From: an uncultured Bacteroides sp.
Lineage (GTDB): Bacteria > Bacteroidota > Bacteroidia > Bacteroidales > Bacteroidaceae
Length of the DNA stretch: 64,000 nucleotides
Direction of reading: 5' to 3'
Assembly: GCA_944322275.1 (NCBI GenBank)
Contig: CALUOV010000001.1
Coordinates: 34,779 to 98,778 of the forward strand
Translations under genes and position numbers: made by a program
Shown: in pieces, positions 48,178-57,314 of the stretch
Position numbering within the stretch: the stretch's first letter is position 1
How the letters are laid out: every line of letters begins with the position of its first letter
The notes under the pieces: generated by a model
The model's database searches: none
Told to the model about the DNA's origin: nothing
The model's input: the letters and a program-made list of their open reading frames with translations, nothing else

Positions 48178-49410
48178 CTATTGTTTCTTCATCACGCTGT
48201 TCACAACCCGGATAGACGATACCAATTTGTTGGTCGAAGTAAAGACATCCACATTCCATACGTGTGAAGAACGTCCTTTGTGGACAATAGTCCCCACGGC
48301 CCGCACCGTATCCCCCTCGTGAGCCGAAGAAATATGATTTCCACTCACCTGCATTCCTACGACTATCTCATCCGGCCGGCAAAGCAACATCGAGCCCAGC
48401 CCCGCAACCGTTTCAGCCAAAGCCAAAGTGGCTCCTCCATGCAAAATGCCAAACGGCTGACGAGTCCGATGGTCTACCGGCATAGTGGCTTCTACACGAT
48501 CATCGGAGACATAGGTATACTGAATGCCCAGATTCCCCATCAATGCGTGGCTAGCCTGTGCATTCAAAACGTCAAGTGGAATCTTGGTCGCATGAATTTC
48601 GGAAAGAATCAGCTTCTCCACAGCCTGCGCCACCCCATCTTCTTCATTGGTAGCCGTCGTATAATCCGCACAAGCCTTCACCGAATCGACCGAGTTGCCC
48701 ATCGCGATGCCCATACCGGCCAATTGAATCATGGCCACATCGCAGACTCCGTCACCAAATGCTATCACCTCCTCACGCTTCATGCCCAAAGACTCCAGCA
48801 ACACGCCTAACGTATTGGCCTTATCAATACCACAAGGCACCACCTCTAAAAAATAGTCCTCAGACCGAAAAACATCAAGCACGCCGTCCAACCTTTTCCT
48901 CCAATGCTGCTCCAAACCGATTAACGCCCCTTCATCATCACTTACCAACATACATTTGCACGGAGCAAAATCAACGGCCGTTGAGAAGTTTTCCTCCGGA
49001 ATGATTTTCAATCCGTTAAGTTCCGCCTCATTCTTCACATGCCCATCATTCGGATTGTTAGTAATCAGAGTATCATCATGATAAGTAAAAATAGCGAAAC
49101 CGTTCTTATTGGCCTTTTTCTCAAGATAAGGCAACATCTCCGGATTAATTCTCCGTTCGAACAGAATCTCACCGTTACTGGCATTGATAATCTGGCCACC
49201 GTTGTACGAAAGGATAAAGCCACCATACAATCCCAGTTCGAGCGACTTAGCCAACGGCAACAAACCATAAGTCGGCCTGCCGGAAGCCAATACAATACGT
49301 ACGCCCATTTGCTGCACTTTCAATAATGCAGACAAAGTACGTTTACTTACTTTCTTTTCTTCATTAAGAAGAGTGCCGTCCACATCGAGAACCAATAATT
49401 TGTATTTCAT
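48178..49410 (-). CDS. Cof-type HAD-IIB hydrolase fused to a hotdog-fold thioesterase (MenI/PaaI-like)
   Basis: DVDGTLL, ASGR, FGDGVCD; C-terminal QPFGILHGGATLALAET; start placed at MKYKLL (49410), with a -7 box at 49440-49447. Confidence 0.9.
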   Translation of the reverse strand: MKYKLLVLDVDGTLLNEEKKVSKRTLSALLKVQQMGVRIVLASGRPTYGLLPLAKSLELGLYGGFILSYNGGQIINASNGEILFERRINPEMLPYLEKKANKNGFAIFTYHDDTLITNNPNDGHVKNEAELNGLKIIPEENFSTAVDFAPCKCMLVSDDEGALIGLEQHWRKRLDGVLDVFRSEDYFLEVVPCGIDKANTLGVLLESLGMKREEVIAFGDGVCDVAMIQLAGMGIAMGNSVDSVKACADYTTATNEEDGVAQAVEKLILSEIHATKIPLDVLNAQASHALMGNLGIQYTYVSDDRVEATMPVDHRTRQPFGILHGGATLALAETVAGLGSMLLCRPDEIVVGMQVSGNHISSAHEGDTVRAVGTIVHKGRSSHVWNVDVFTSTNKLVSSIRVVNSVMKKQ

Positions 49411-49516
49411 AGTAAGCGATATTTTAAATTGAGATTTTTCAAAGATAGCTCTAATCTTTGAATTTCTGCCATCTATACACTTAAAAAAATGCAAATAACG
49501 ATATAACAACAACCGA

Positions 49517-51604
49517 TCAGACAGGAGCATAAACACTTCCTTCTTCCAATAGCCTATAAGGTATCTGCAAATTTCGGCATTCCGCTAAAATCCGTTCCCG
49601 ATAAAACGATGATACAGAGCTATCTATGATTACTTGGCGAAAAGCGAACAAGCCGGACAATTCTGATAAGCTTCCCCTGTACCCCTTGGAAATATATGCA
49701 TAATCTACGGGCAACTGGACGTCCGCCACCTGATTTCTCCATCTGTTATCATTCAGCAGGCAAACACGTACGCCTCGAAAGGAAATAATTTTATCACGAA
49801 ACGTCACGTCATCCTCGCTATAATCACTTGTCACGATTTGTGGGGCATTCAAGCGGAGCCGCCTCCAATGCGCTTCCAATGAACGAAACATCCAAGAGGT
49901 ATCAGGCAAGCTATCTGCACAAACCAGCCACGACTGTGAACTTCCTGTAAGACAATGAACCGCAGGACATCCACGGACATTATAGAAAGCCAATCCCGGT
50001 TTAGGAGTATTACTCCAAATGCACCAATTATTATAGGAAAGCAGCAACAAAACCGATATCAGTGCCACCTTCATATTCCAAGCTGTACGAATTAAAAGCG
50101 CCCGATAAACCAACAACATGACAACATAAAACAATACAACCATCCACACATCAATCCACCAATGATCGACTGAAGCATATGGCCACTGTTCAATACATCG
50201 CAACCCATTGTTTTGCAATTGAATCATCTTTTCTGTGACCCAAGCGACAGGAAGTTGAAGTGCCGGGAAAGGAGTAAGCAATAACAATAATACCCCCGCA
50301 TACATAACCAATGAAACCATCGGAATGACCCAAAGATTGGTTACAAGAAAATGCGTTGAAAAACGCCCAAAGTAAAGAAGGACTAAAGGAGCTGTTCCGA
50401 TTTGTGCGGCAACCGACACACACATCAATCCCCACAACTTTCTGACCATCGAATTAGATGCTGAACATAGGCCATACAACTTAGGATAAAAGATCATAAT
50501 AGCAGCAACCGAAAGGAAGGATAACTGAAAGCCGACATCGAATAGCCAACAAGGATTATAAAGCAACATACAGAAAGCCGCGATAACCAAAGTGTTAGCA
50601 GACAAAGGCTTTTCCGATTGCAAACACGATAATGCCAAAATAGAAAACATCACCACTGAACGAACTACCGAAGGCGACATTCCGGTAATAAATGCGAATC
50701 CCCATAAAAGTAGAATTATGACTAGCAGTAAAATCGGTTTCAGATAGCGGAAGCGTTTCCATAACGGCCTGAACATAAACCAAAACAACGCATACAAGAA
50801 ACCGATATGCATTCCTGAAAGAGCCAACACATGACTGGCTCCCGTCACAGAATAAGTTTCAATGATGTCTTCACTTAAATCATCTTTGTCTCCTACTGTT
50901 AATGCAGAAAGGATTGCCAATTCTTCTCGTTGAAAGCCCAATCTGCCATAAGAATCTACAATCCTTTCACGTTGATCCAATGCGCGTTGGGAAAAAGAAA
51001 GATCCAACTGATGGGAAATAGGCTTCCAATGACCTGCCGCCACATATCCTGTACCACAAACGCCTCGATGTCGAAGAAAACGGGCATAATCAAATTCGTC
51101 TGGATTATTGTTATTGCGAGGTGGTGTCAAATGAGCATTAATCCACAACACATCACCTCTCTTCAGATTTTTGGAAACAGAATCTTTCTGAAAATAAAGT
51201 AAAAACAGCTTTCTCCGATTTAAACGACTCATTACAGAATCGTTCACCCAAATTTCATTGACAACCGAACGACAAAGAATGCTCCGAGACTTCTCCTCCG
51301 GATGTTCTTCTATTGTTATCCGATAGACAGCTTCCCCCTCATAGAATGGAAAATCCAATGCGCTCAACTTCCACCCCATCAGTACAAAACCTAAAGCCGC
51401 ACAGGAAAGAAGCATGACAACACTAAACGAAGCGTGCAAATTACGATAGAAACAGACCAATAAGGAAATGAGAAGCAGAATACATACACCAATAAACGCT
51501 TCTATCGAAAGGGCATATGGATAAATATCTCCACACACCACACCTATCCCCAACATAAGCAAAAGTCGGAGAAATGGATACCGCTGTAATACGTGACCGA
51601 ACAA
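49517..51604 (-). CDS. comEC: ComEC/Rec2-family competence membrane protein
   Basis: NPDEFDY, SHVLALSGMH, SPSVVRS, DVGFQLSF. Confidence 0.88.
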   Translation of the reverse strand: MFGHVLQRYPFLRLLLMLGIGVVCGDIYPYALSIEAFIGVCILLLISLLVCFYRNLHASFSVVMLLSCAALGFVLMGWKLSALDFPFYEGEAVYRITIEEHPEEKSRSILCRSVVNEIWVNDSVMSRLNRRKLFLLYFQKDSVSKNLKRGDVLWINAHLTPPRNNNNPDEFDYARFLRHRGVCGTGYVAAGHWKPISHQLDLSFSQRALDQRERIVDSYGRLGFQREELAILSALTVGDKDDLSEDIIETYSVTGASHVLALSGMHIGFLYALFWFMFRPLWKRFRYLKPILLLVIILLLWGFAFITGMSPSVVRSVVMFSILALSCLQSEKPLSANTLVIAAFCMLLYNPCWLFDVGFQLSFLSVAAIMIFYPKLYGLCSASNSMVRKLWGLMCVSVAAQIGTAPLVLLYFGRFSTHFLVTNLWVIPMVSLVMYAGVLLLLLTPFPALQLPVAWVTEKMIQLQNNGLRCIEQWPYASVDHWWIDVWMVVLFYVVMLLVYRALLIRTAWNMKVALISVLLLLSYNNWCIWSNTPKPGLAFYNVRGCPAVHCLTGSSQSWLVCADSLPDTSWMFRSLEAHWRRLRLNAPQIVTSDYSEDDVTFRDKIISFRGVRVCLLNDNRWRNQVADVQLPVDYAYISKGYRGSLSELSGLFAFRQVIIDSSVSSFYRERILAECRNLQIPYRLLEEGSVYAPV

Positions 51605-51618
51605 ATGAATCTTCCGAA

Positions 51619-52269
51619 TTATAAAGACTTCAATGCATGAATCATCTCTTCCGGCACTGGTGCTGAGAAGACAGCATTACCTGCCACCAAAATATCTGCG
51701 CCGGCATCTATAAGTCGTTTGCCGGTATCTAAATTAACCCCTCCATCTACCTCTATCAGTGCATCAGAATGAGATAATTGAATAAGTTCACGCAACTCAC
51801 ACACCTTGTCAATCGTATGTTCTATAAATTTTTGCCCGCCAAAACCAGGATTAACTCCCATTACCAATACCATATACACTTCGGGCAAAATATCTTTTAG
51901 CATCAGTATCGGAGTTGCAGGATTTATTGTAACCGCCGGCTTCATACCCGCTTCACGGATTTGCTGTACTACGCGATGCAAATGAGTACACGCCTCGTAA
52001 TGTACATTCATAACGTAAGCACCGATAGCCTTTACCTCCGGAATAAACTTTTCCGGATTCACAATCATCAGATGCACATCCAACGGCTTGCAGGACAATC
52101 GTGCCACATGTTTTAAAACCGGGAAACCAAAGGAAATGTTCGGTACAAACACGCCATCCATAATATCCAAATGCAACCAATCAGCTTCGCTTCGGTTTAT
52201 CATCTCAATATCTTTGCTCAAATTACCGAAATCAGCAGATAGCAAAGAAGGAGCAACAAGTGGTTCCAT
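51619..52269 (-). CDS. rpe: Ribulose-phosphate 3-epimerase
   Basis: APSLLSADF, HLDIMDGVFVPN, VNPGFGGQ, EVDGGV. Confidence 0.96.
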   Translation of the reverse strand: MEPLVAPSLLSADFGNLSKDIEMINRSEADWLHLDIMDGVFVPNISFGFPVLKHVARLSCKPLDVHLMIVNPEKFIPEVKAIGAYVMNVHYEACTHLHRVVQQIREAGMKPAVTINPATPILMLKDILPEVYMVLVMGVNPGFGGQKFIEHTIDKVCELRELIQLSHSDALIEVDGGVNLDTGKRLIDAGADILVAGNAVFSAPVPEEMIHALKSL

Positions 52270-52307
52270 AAGTTATACTATAATATTGTATAAAAAAGAT
52301 TTCCTGA

Positions 52308-53276
52308 TTATTGAACATTGAAATCATTACTCAAACGGTATCCACGCAATAGTTCATCAATTTTCAATCGCTTCTTACCTGGCAACTGCAATGAGTGTAC
52401 TCCCACAAAACCATCCGTAGCCGCAACATGCAAATAAGTCTTTCCGTCCGTACGGATGCTACCAGGAATCAAATTGTGAGCTTGAATAAATTTTTCCGTC
52501 TCAAATATCTTCAAAACGACTGTATTTCCATCAGGTTGCTTCAACTCTGTCCACGCTGCAGGATGAGGAGCAAGCCCTCGCACAAAGTCATAAATACGTT
52601 TTACTGGTTGCCGCCAATCAATACGGCAAGTTTCTTTAAAAATTTTGGGAGCCGGACGCAGCTCACCCGTCACAGTCATCTTTTCCTGCGAAATAGACTT
52701 CACTGAACCATCTAAAATAGCATCAACGGTATCTACCACCAATTGCCCTCCCAGCATCATTAGTTTATCATGCACCACACCCGCATCATCTGTATCAGCG
52801 ATAGGAACACGTATTTGCCGAATGACTTCACCCGTATCAATCTCATGCTTCAAAAAGAATGTCGTGATACCTGTCTCTGTATCTCCGTTGATAACTGCCC
52901 AATTTATAGGAGCTGCCCCCCGATATTGCGGCAATAAGGAAGCATGGAGATTAAAAGTCCCTAATCGCGGCATATTCCACACCACTTCGGGCAACATACG
53001 GAAAGCCACCACTATTTGCAAATCCGCTTTCCATGCGCGCAAAGCCTCCACGAAAGTTTCATCTTTCAGTTTTTCCGGTTGTAACAAAGGTAGTTGATGC
53101 TCCAATGCATATTGCTTGACCGGTGAGAACTGCAACTTATGCCCCCGTCCGGCCGGTTTGTCAGGCATCGTAATTACGCCTACTACATTATATCCACCTT
53201 CCACCAAACGGCGCAATGACTCCACCGCAAAATCAGGAGTGCCCATATATACAATTCGCAATGCTTCTTTTTCCAT
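52308..53276 (-). CDS. fmt: Methionyl-tRNA formyltransferase
   Basis: MGTPDFA, NLHASLLPQYRGAAPI. Confidence 0.96.
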   Translation of the reverse strand: MEKEALRIVYMGTPDFAVESLRRLVEGGYNVVGVITMPDKPAGRGHKLQFSPVKQYALEHQLPLLQPEKLKDETFVEALRAWKADLQIVVAFRMLPEVVWNMPRLGTFNLHASLLPQYRGAAPINWAVINGDTETGITTFFLKHEIDTGEVIRQIRVPIADTDDAGVVHDKLMMLGGQLVVDTVDAILDGSVKSISQEKMTVTGELRPAPKIFKETCRIDWRQPVKRIYDFVRGLAPHPAAWTELKQPDGNTVVLKIFETEKFIQAHNLIPGSIRTDGKTYLHVAATDGFVGVHSLQLPGKKRLKIDELLRGYRLSNDFNVQ

Positions 53277-53415
53277 TTGAAACCCTTATTATTAAAGTTT
53301 TTACATGGCAATATATCCCGCTTGCCTATGCTTATCTCACCAAACTTTATTGCAAAAGTAACAATTTGTTTCAAATTAGAAGCTGTTCTTTACGAAAATA
53401 AGTTTCCGGCTTTTA

Positions 53416-55206
53416 TTATTCATCAGAATAATGCACCAGTACCTCCCGGTATGCATTGAATATCTTCGACTTAGAAACAAATCCCAAGTAATGCCCTTCC
53501 TGATCCACCACAGGAAGATTCCACGCTTTGGTATCGTCAAAAGTCTGCATTACCTGTTCCATACTTTCCGTATTGTATAAACGGGCGGGAGGAGACGTCA
53601 TGAAACGACTCACCGTAAACCGATGATATAATTCCTGCCTGAACATGATGTTACGAATGTCATCCAACAGAACAATGCCCAGCAAATTGCGTTCTTCGTC
53701 TATCACCGGAAAAACATTGCGATGAGACTTGGCTATAGCTTTTACCATATCTGCCAAGTCCATTTCCGGACGAACCGAAACGAAGTCTGTTTCCACTACA
53801 TTTTCCATCTTCATCAACGTCAACACAGCTTTATCCTTATGATGGGTCAGCAATTCCCCCTTCTTAGCCAAACGCATGGAGTAAATACTATGAGGTTCAA
53901 AAACAATAATGGTCAGATAAGCACTGACAGAAACTATCATCAATGGTAAAAACAAATCGTAGCCACCCGTCAACTCGGCTATCAAAAAGACACCGGTCAA
54001 CGGAGCATGCATCACTCCACTCATAACCCCTGCCATACCCATCAAAGCAAAATTCTTTTCGGGCAAATAAGCCGTAACATCAAATTCATTACTGAAGTGT
54101 GAGAATACAAATCCCGCAATACACCCTAAATAAAGCGAAGGCGCAAAAATACCACCACAACCTCCACCTCCGTTTGTTGCACTTGAAGCAAACACCTTGA
54201 AGATGATTATCAACATTAAATAAATCAACAACAGATTGCTATGTCCATAAAACAAGGAGTTGTTCATTACCGTATCCCATTCTGCATTACTGGTCCCGTT
54301 CAACAACAGCTCTATCGTATCGTAACCTTCTCCATAAAGAGGGGGAAAGAGGAATATCAGCACACTCAACATGATTCCTCCTAAAGCCAATTTTGTGTAG
54401 GGCTTTTTCAAACGGCTAAATATGCCTTCCAGACGGCTCATCGCACGAGTGAAATACAAAGACACCACCCCACAGAAAACACCCAGCATAATAACGTAGG
54501 GTATACGTCCCAATTCAAAAGGTTCATCCAAATGGAAACGGAACATGGCTTCTTGCCCCGTGACTACGTAAGAAAGCGTGGCTGCCGTAACCGATGTTAT
54601 TAACAAGGGAAGCAAAGAGGTCATGGTCAAATCGATCATCAAGACCTCTAAAGTAAACACCAGACCTGCAATGGGCGCTTTGAAAATGCCGGCTACCGCA
54701 CCTGCCGCGCCACACCCCACCAGCAACATCAGCGTACGGCGTTCCATCTTGAACAAGCTACCCAAATTGGAACCGATAGCTGAGCCTGTCAATACAATAG
54801 GCGCCTCAGCACCCACAGAACCGCCAAAACCAATGGTAATGGAACTGGCTAGAATAGATGACCACGTATTATGACGCTTGATACGGCTCTGCCTGCGCGA
54901 AATGGCATAAAGAATCTTTGTAACACCATGGCTAATATCATCTTTTACGACATAGCGCACGAACAAGCCCGTCAGGAAAATGCCCACAACCGGATATACC
55001 AAATACAAATAGTTGGCTTCCGTTGTATTAAAGTTGTCCGTCAGAAACTCCTGTATCCAATGAATCAACAATTTCAGCAACAAAGCCGCCAAGGCGGTAA
55101 ATATGCCGACCAAGAAACTAAGCACCAATATAAAATGCTTCTCCTTGACATTTTTCTCACGCCAAGCCAAGAATCTCTGTAACCAGTTACGTACGTCTGT
55201 TTTCAT
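53416..55206 (-). CDS. CLC chloride channel / antiporter with CBS domains
   Basis: GGSVGAEAP, GIFKAPIAG, GGIFAPSL and two C-terminal CBS domains. Confidence 0.92.
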   Translation of the reverse strand: MKTDVRNWLQRFLAWREKNVKEKHFILVLSFLVGIFTALAALLLKLLIHWIQEFLTDNFNTTEANYLYLVYPVVGIFLTGLFVRYVVKDDISHGVTKILYAISRRQSRIKRHNTWSSILASSITIGFGGSVGAEAPIVLTGSAIGSNLGSLFKMERRTLMLLVGCGAAGAVAGIFKAPIAGLVFTLEVLMIDLTMTSLLPLLITSVTAATLSYVVTGQEAMFRFHLDEPFELGRIPYVIMLGVFCGVVSLYFTRAMSRLEGIFSRLKKPYTKLALGGIMLSVLIFLFPPLYGEGYDTIELLLNGTSNAEWDTVMNNSLFYGHSNLLLIYLMLIIIFKVFASSATNGGGGCGGIFAPSLYLGCIAGFVFSHFSNEFDVTAYLPEKNFALMGMAGVMSGVMHAPLTGVFLIAELTGGYDLFLPLMIVSVSAYLTIIVFEPHSIYSMRLAKKGELLTHHKDKAVLTLMKMENVVETDFVSVRPEMDLADMVKAIAKSHRNVFPVIDEERNLLGIVLLDDIRNIMFRQELYHRFTVSRFMTSPPARLYNTESMEQVMQTFDDTKAWNLPVVDQEGHYLGFVSKSKIFNAYREVLVHYSDE

Positions 55207-55210
55207 TGCC

Positions 55211-55786
55211 TCACGGTCTGATTATTTGAATAATACCCCCCTCGCCTAACTTGATGATACTCGACGGTTTGGGATTACTCTTCTCGTCCTGCCGATAGTG
55301 CACTATATAATCTACAGACGACTTGATCTCTTCACTGATTTCACTAAAATTATGAGGTGACGGTTGCCCGCTTATATTAGCCGATGTAGACACTATCGCC
55401 TTACGAAACTGTCGGCACAAACGGCTGGAGAACTCTTCGTTGGTCACACGTATACCTACACTGCCATCTTCGGCCAAGAGGTTCGGAGCCAAGTTCCGGG
55501 CTCCCGAATAAATAATGGTAAGCGGCTTATCAGCTACGTCTATCAGATCCCATGCCACCTCGGGTACATCCTGTACATAGAAGTCCACCTTTACCGGCGT
55601 ATCAACCAATACCAGCATCGCTTTGCTATCGGCACGTTGCTTTATTTCATATACACGTCGCACCGCTTCCTCATTGGTAGCATCGCAACCGATTCCCCAA
55701 ATGGTGTCCGTGGGATACAATATTACGCCACCTTCACGCATCACCTGACAAGCATTCTTAATATCCTCATTCATTTTCGTATTCAC
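55211..55786 (-). CDS. tsaC: L-threonylcarbamoyladenylate synthase (TsaC/Sua5/YrdC); start may be ATG 55774
   Basis: YPTDTIWGIGC, KQR, STSANISG. Confidence 0.9.
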   Translation of the reverse strand: MNTKMNEDIKNACQVMREGGVILYPTDTIWGIGCDATNEEAVRRVYEIKQRADSKAMLVLVDTPVKVDFYVQDVPEVAWDLIDVADKPLTIIYSGARNLAPNLLAEDGSVGIRVTNEEFSSRLCRQFRKAIVSTSANISGQPSPHNFSEISEEIKSSVDYIVHYRQDEKSNPKPSSIIKLGEGGIIQIIRP

Positions 55787-55950
55787 CTTTTATCTATTAA
55801 CGAAACGCAAAAATACAAAATTCACGCCGATAACAAAATCCTTTTATCCAAAAACTCCGCACCCGATATCACTTTCACACAAGCAAAACGATTCACTCTT
55901 CCTACGTAAGGATTGCAACTATGACTAAACTAAATTGTTAAAATAGTCAA

Positions 55951-56004
55951 GCGCGAATGATGTAGGCCAGGGCATAGCCCTTAAAAAATCTCCATCATTC
56001 GCGC
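55951..56004. terminator. Branched hairpin downstream of the GH88 gene (3'-end structure or terminator)
   Basis: Perfect 12-bp stem gcgcgaatgatg / catcattcgcgc enclosing agggc-ata-gccct. Confidence 0.5.
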
Positions 56005-56036
56005 CTGAAAGTAAAAAGCGGATCGCGTTTTGAATT

Positions 56037-57293
56037 TTACTTCTGCATATCCAAATAACGTTTTAGTGCCTCCAAATAATAATAATCCGCATAGTTGATG
56101 GGAGTATCAATTTCAGAGCCATGAGGCAAGGAACCTGTGGAGTGCATCAGCACATATCCGTTATTGGTTCCTTTCTCAGCCAGGTAATTCTCACCAGACA
56201 AGTTCTTAAGCAAACGTTCGGCGTATTGGTAGTATTTTTGTCCATCAGGAGCCAGAGTGCTCAACTCCAACATGGCAGAAGCGGTAATAGCCGCCGCAGA
56301 AGCATCGCGAGGAGTCTCAGCGGTAGCGGGAGCATCATAGTCCCAATAAGGAATGCTATCATTGGTCCGAACACGACTCATAATCATGTCTGCCACATGA
56401 ATTGCCTGTTGCAGGAACTCCGTATCCTTAGTTTCACGGTAACACAATGTATAGCCATAAACCGCCCAGCTCTGCCCACGTGACCAAGACGATTCATCAT
56501 TCTTGCCCTGATGAGTTCCACGGCTCTCTACTGTTCCGTCATTGTTGTAGCTGACTACATGATAACAAGTATAATCCGGACGGAAATGATTTTTCATTGT
56601 CGTGCGTGCATGTTGTACGGCTATGTCGTAATACTTTTTATCGCCACTCAGTTTACTGGCATTGAACAGCAAATCGAGATTCATCATATTGTCAATGATG
56701 ACAGGATAATTCCATTTGCCGAAATCCCAAGAACGGATACAACCGATTTTGGAGTCAAACCGTTTGCTGAGCGTCTCAGCCGTTTCTATCAACACACGGG
56801 CAATGGTGTCATTGGGTGCCAGGCGCTGAGCATTGCCATACGCGCAATTTATCATAAATCCCAAATCATGCGTTCCGGTCAATTGACGGATGGGATACAA
56901 CAAATTGGTATAACGGACAGCCTGTGACATCAATGTTTCATCGCCAGTCAGCTCGTAAGCATACCAAAGACTGCCAGGAAAGAAACCGCTTGTCCAGTCC
57001 ACGATACCACACAGGCGCCGTTTACCCAAGCGCTCCGGTCCGGGAACAGGATGTAAGGAGTCTGCATTGACATCGGTTTCTAACTGGCGTTCCAAAAACT
57101 CCACATCATATCCCGTCCATGTACAACGAGGCATGGGCATGGCTGTTGAGTCAGTCAGTTCAATAGCAGTTTGTTTCAACTGATGTGCGGCCACATCCAG
57201 CACATGGTCCGTCCAATTCTTCTTAGGTGTTTCTGTGCAAGCTGCCATGCTCAAGGCTACAGCTGCGGCAAACAGAGTAAGGTTCTTTTTCAT
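56037..57293 (-). CDS. GH88 unsaturated glucuronyl hydrolase (lipoprotein)
   Basis: WTSGFFPG, HDLGF, IIDNMMNL, WSRGQSW, DASAAAI, YADYYYLEAL; lipobox MAAC. Confidence 0.92.
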   Translation of the reverse strand: MKKNLTLFAAAVALSMAACTETPKKNWTDHVLDVAAHQLKQTAIELTDSTAMPMPRCTWTGYDVEFLERQLETDVNADSLHPVPGPERLGKRRLCGIVDWTSGFFPGSLWYAYELTGDETLMSQAVRYTNLLYPIRQLTGTHDLGFMINCAYGNAQRLAPNDTIARVLIETAETLSKRFDSKIGCIRSWDFGKWNYPVIIDNMMNLDLLFNASKLSGDKKYYDIAVQHARTTMKNHFRPDYTCYHVVSYNNDGTVESRGTHQGKNDESSWSRGQSWAVYGYTLCYRETKDTEFLQQAIHVADMIMSRVRTNDSIPYWDYDAPATAETPRDASAAAITASAMLELSTLAPDGQKYYQYAERLLKNLSGENYLAEKGTNNGYVLMHSTGSLPHGSEIDTPINYADYYYLEALKRYLDMQK

Positions 57294-57314
57294 ATCATCT
57301 TGAATTAATAGTTA

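Noticed and set aside
49411-49536. N-terminal extensions given by the ORF track (HAD fusion; also ABC exporter 41193-41252 and nucleotidyltransferase 35795-35824)
   Set aside because: Each extension contains a consensus -7 promoter box and lies before the first conserved motif, so downstream ATGs are the more likely starts
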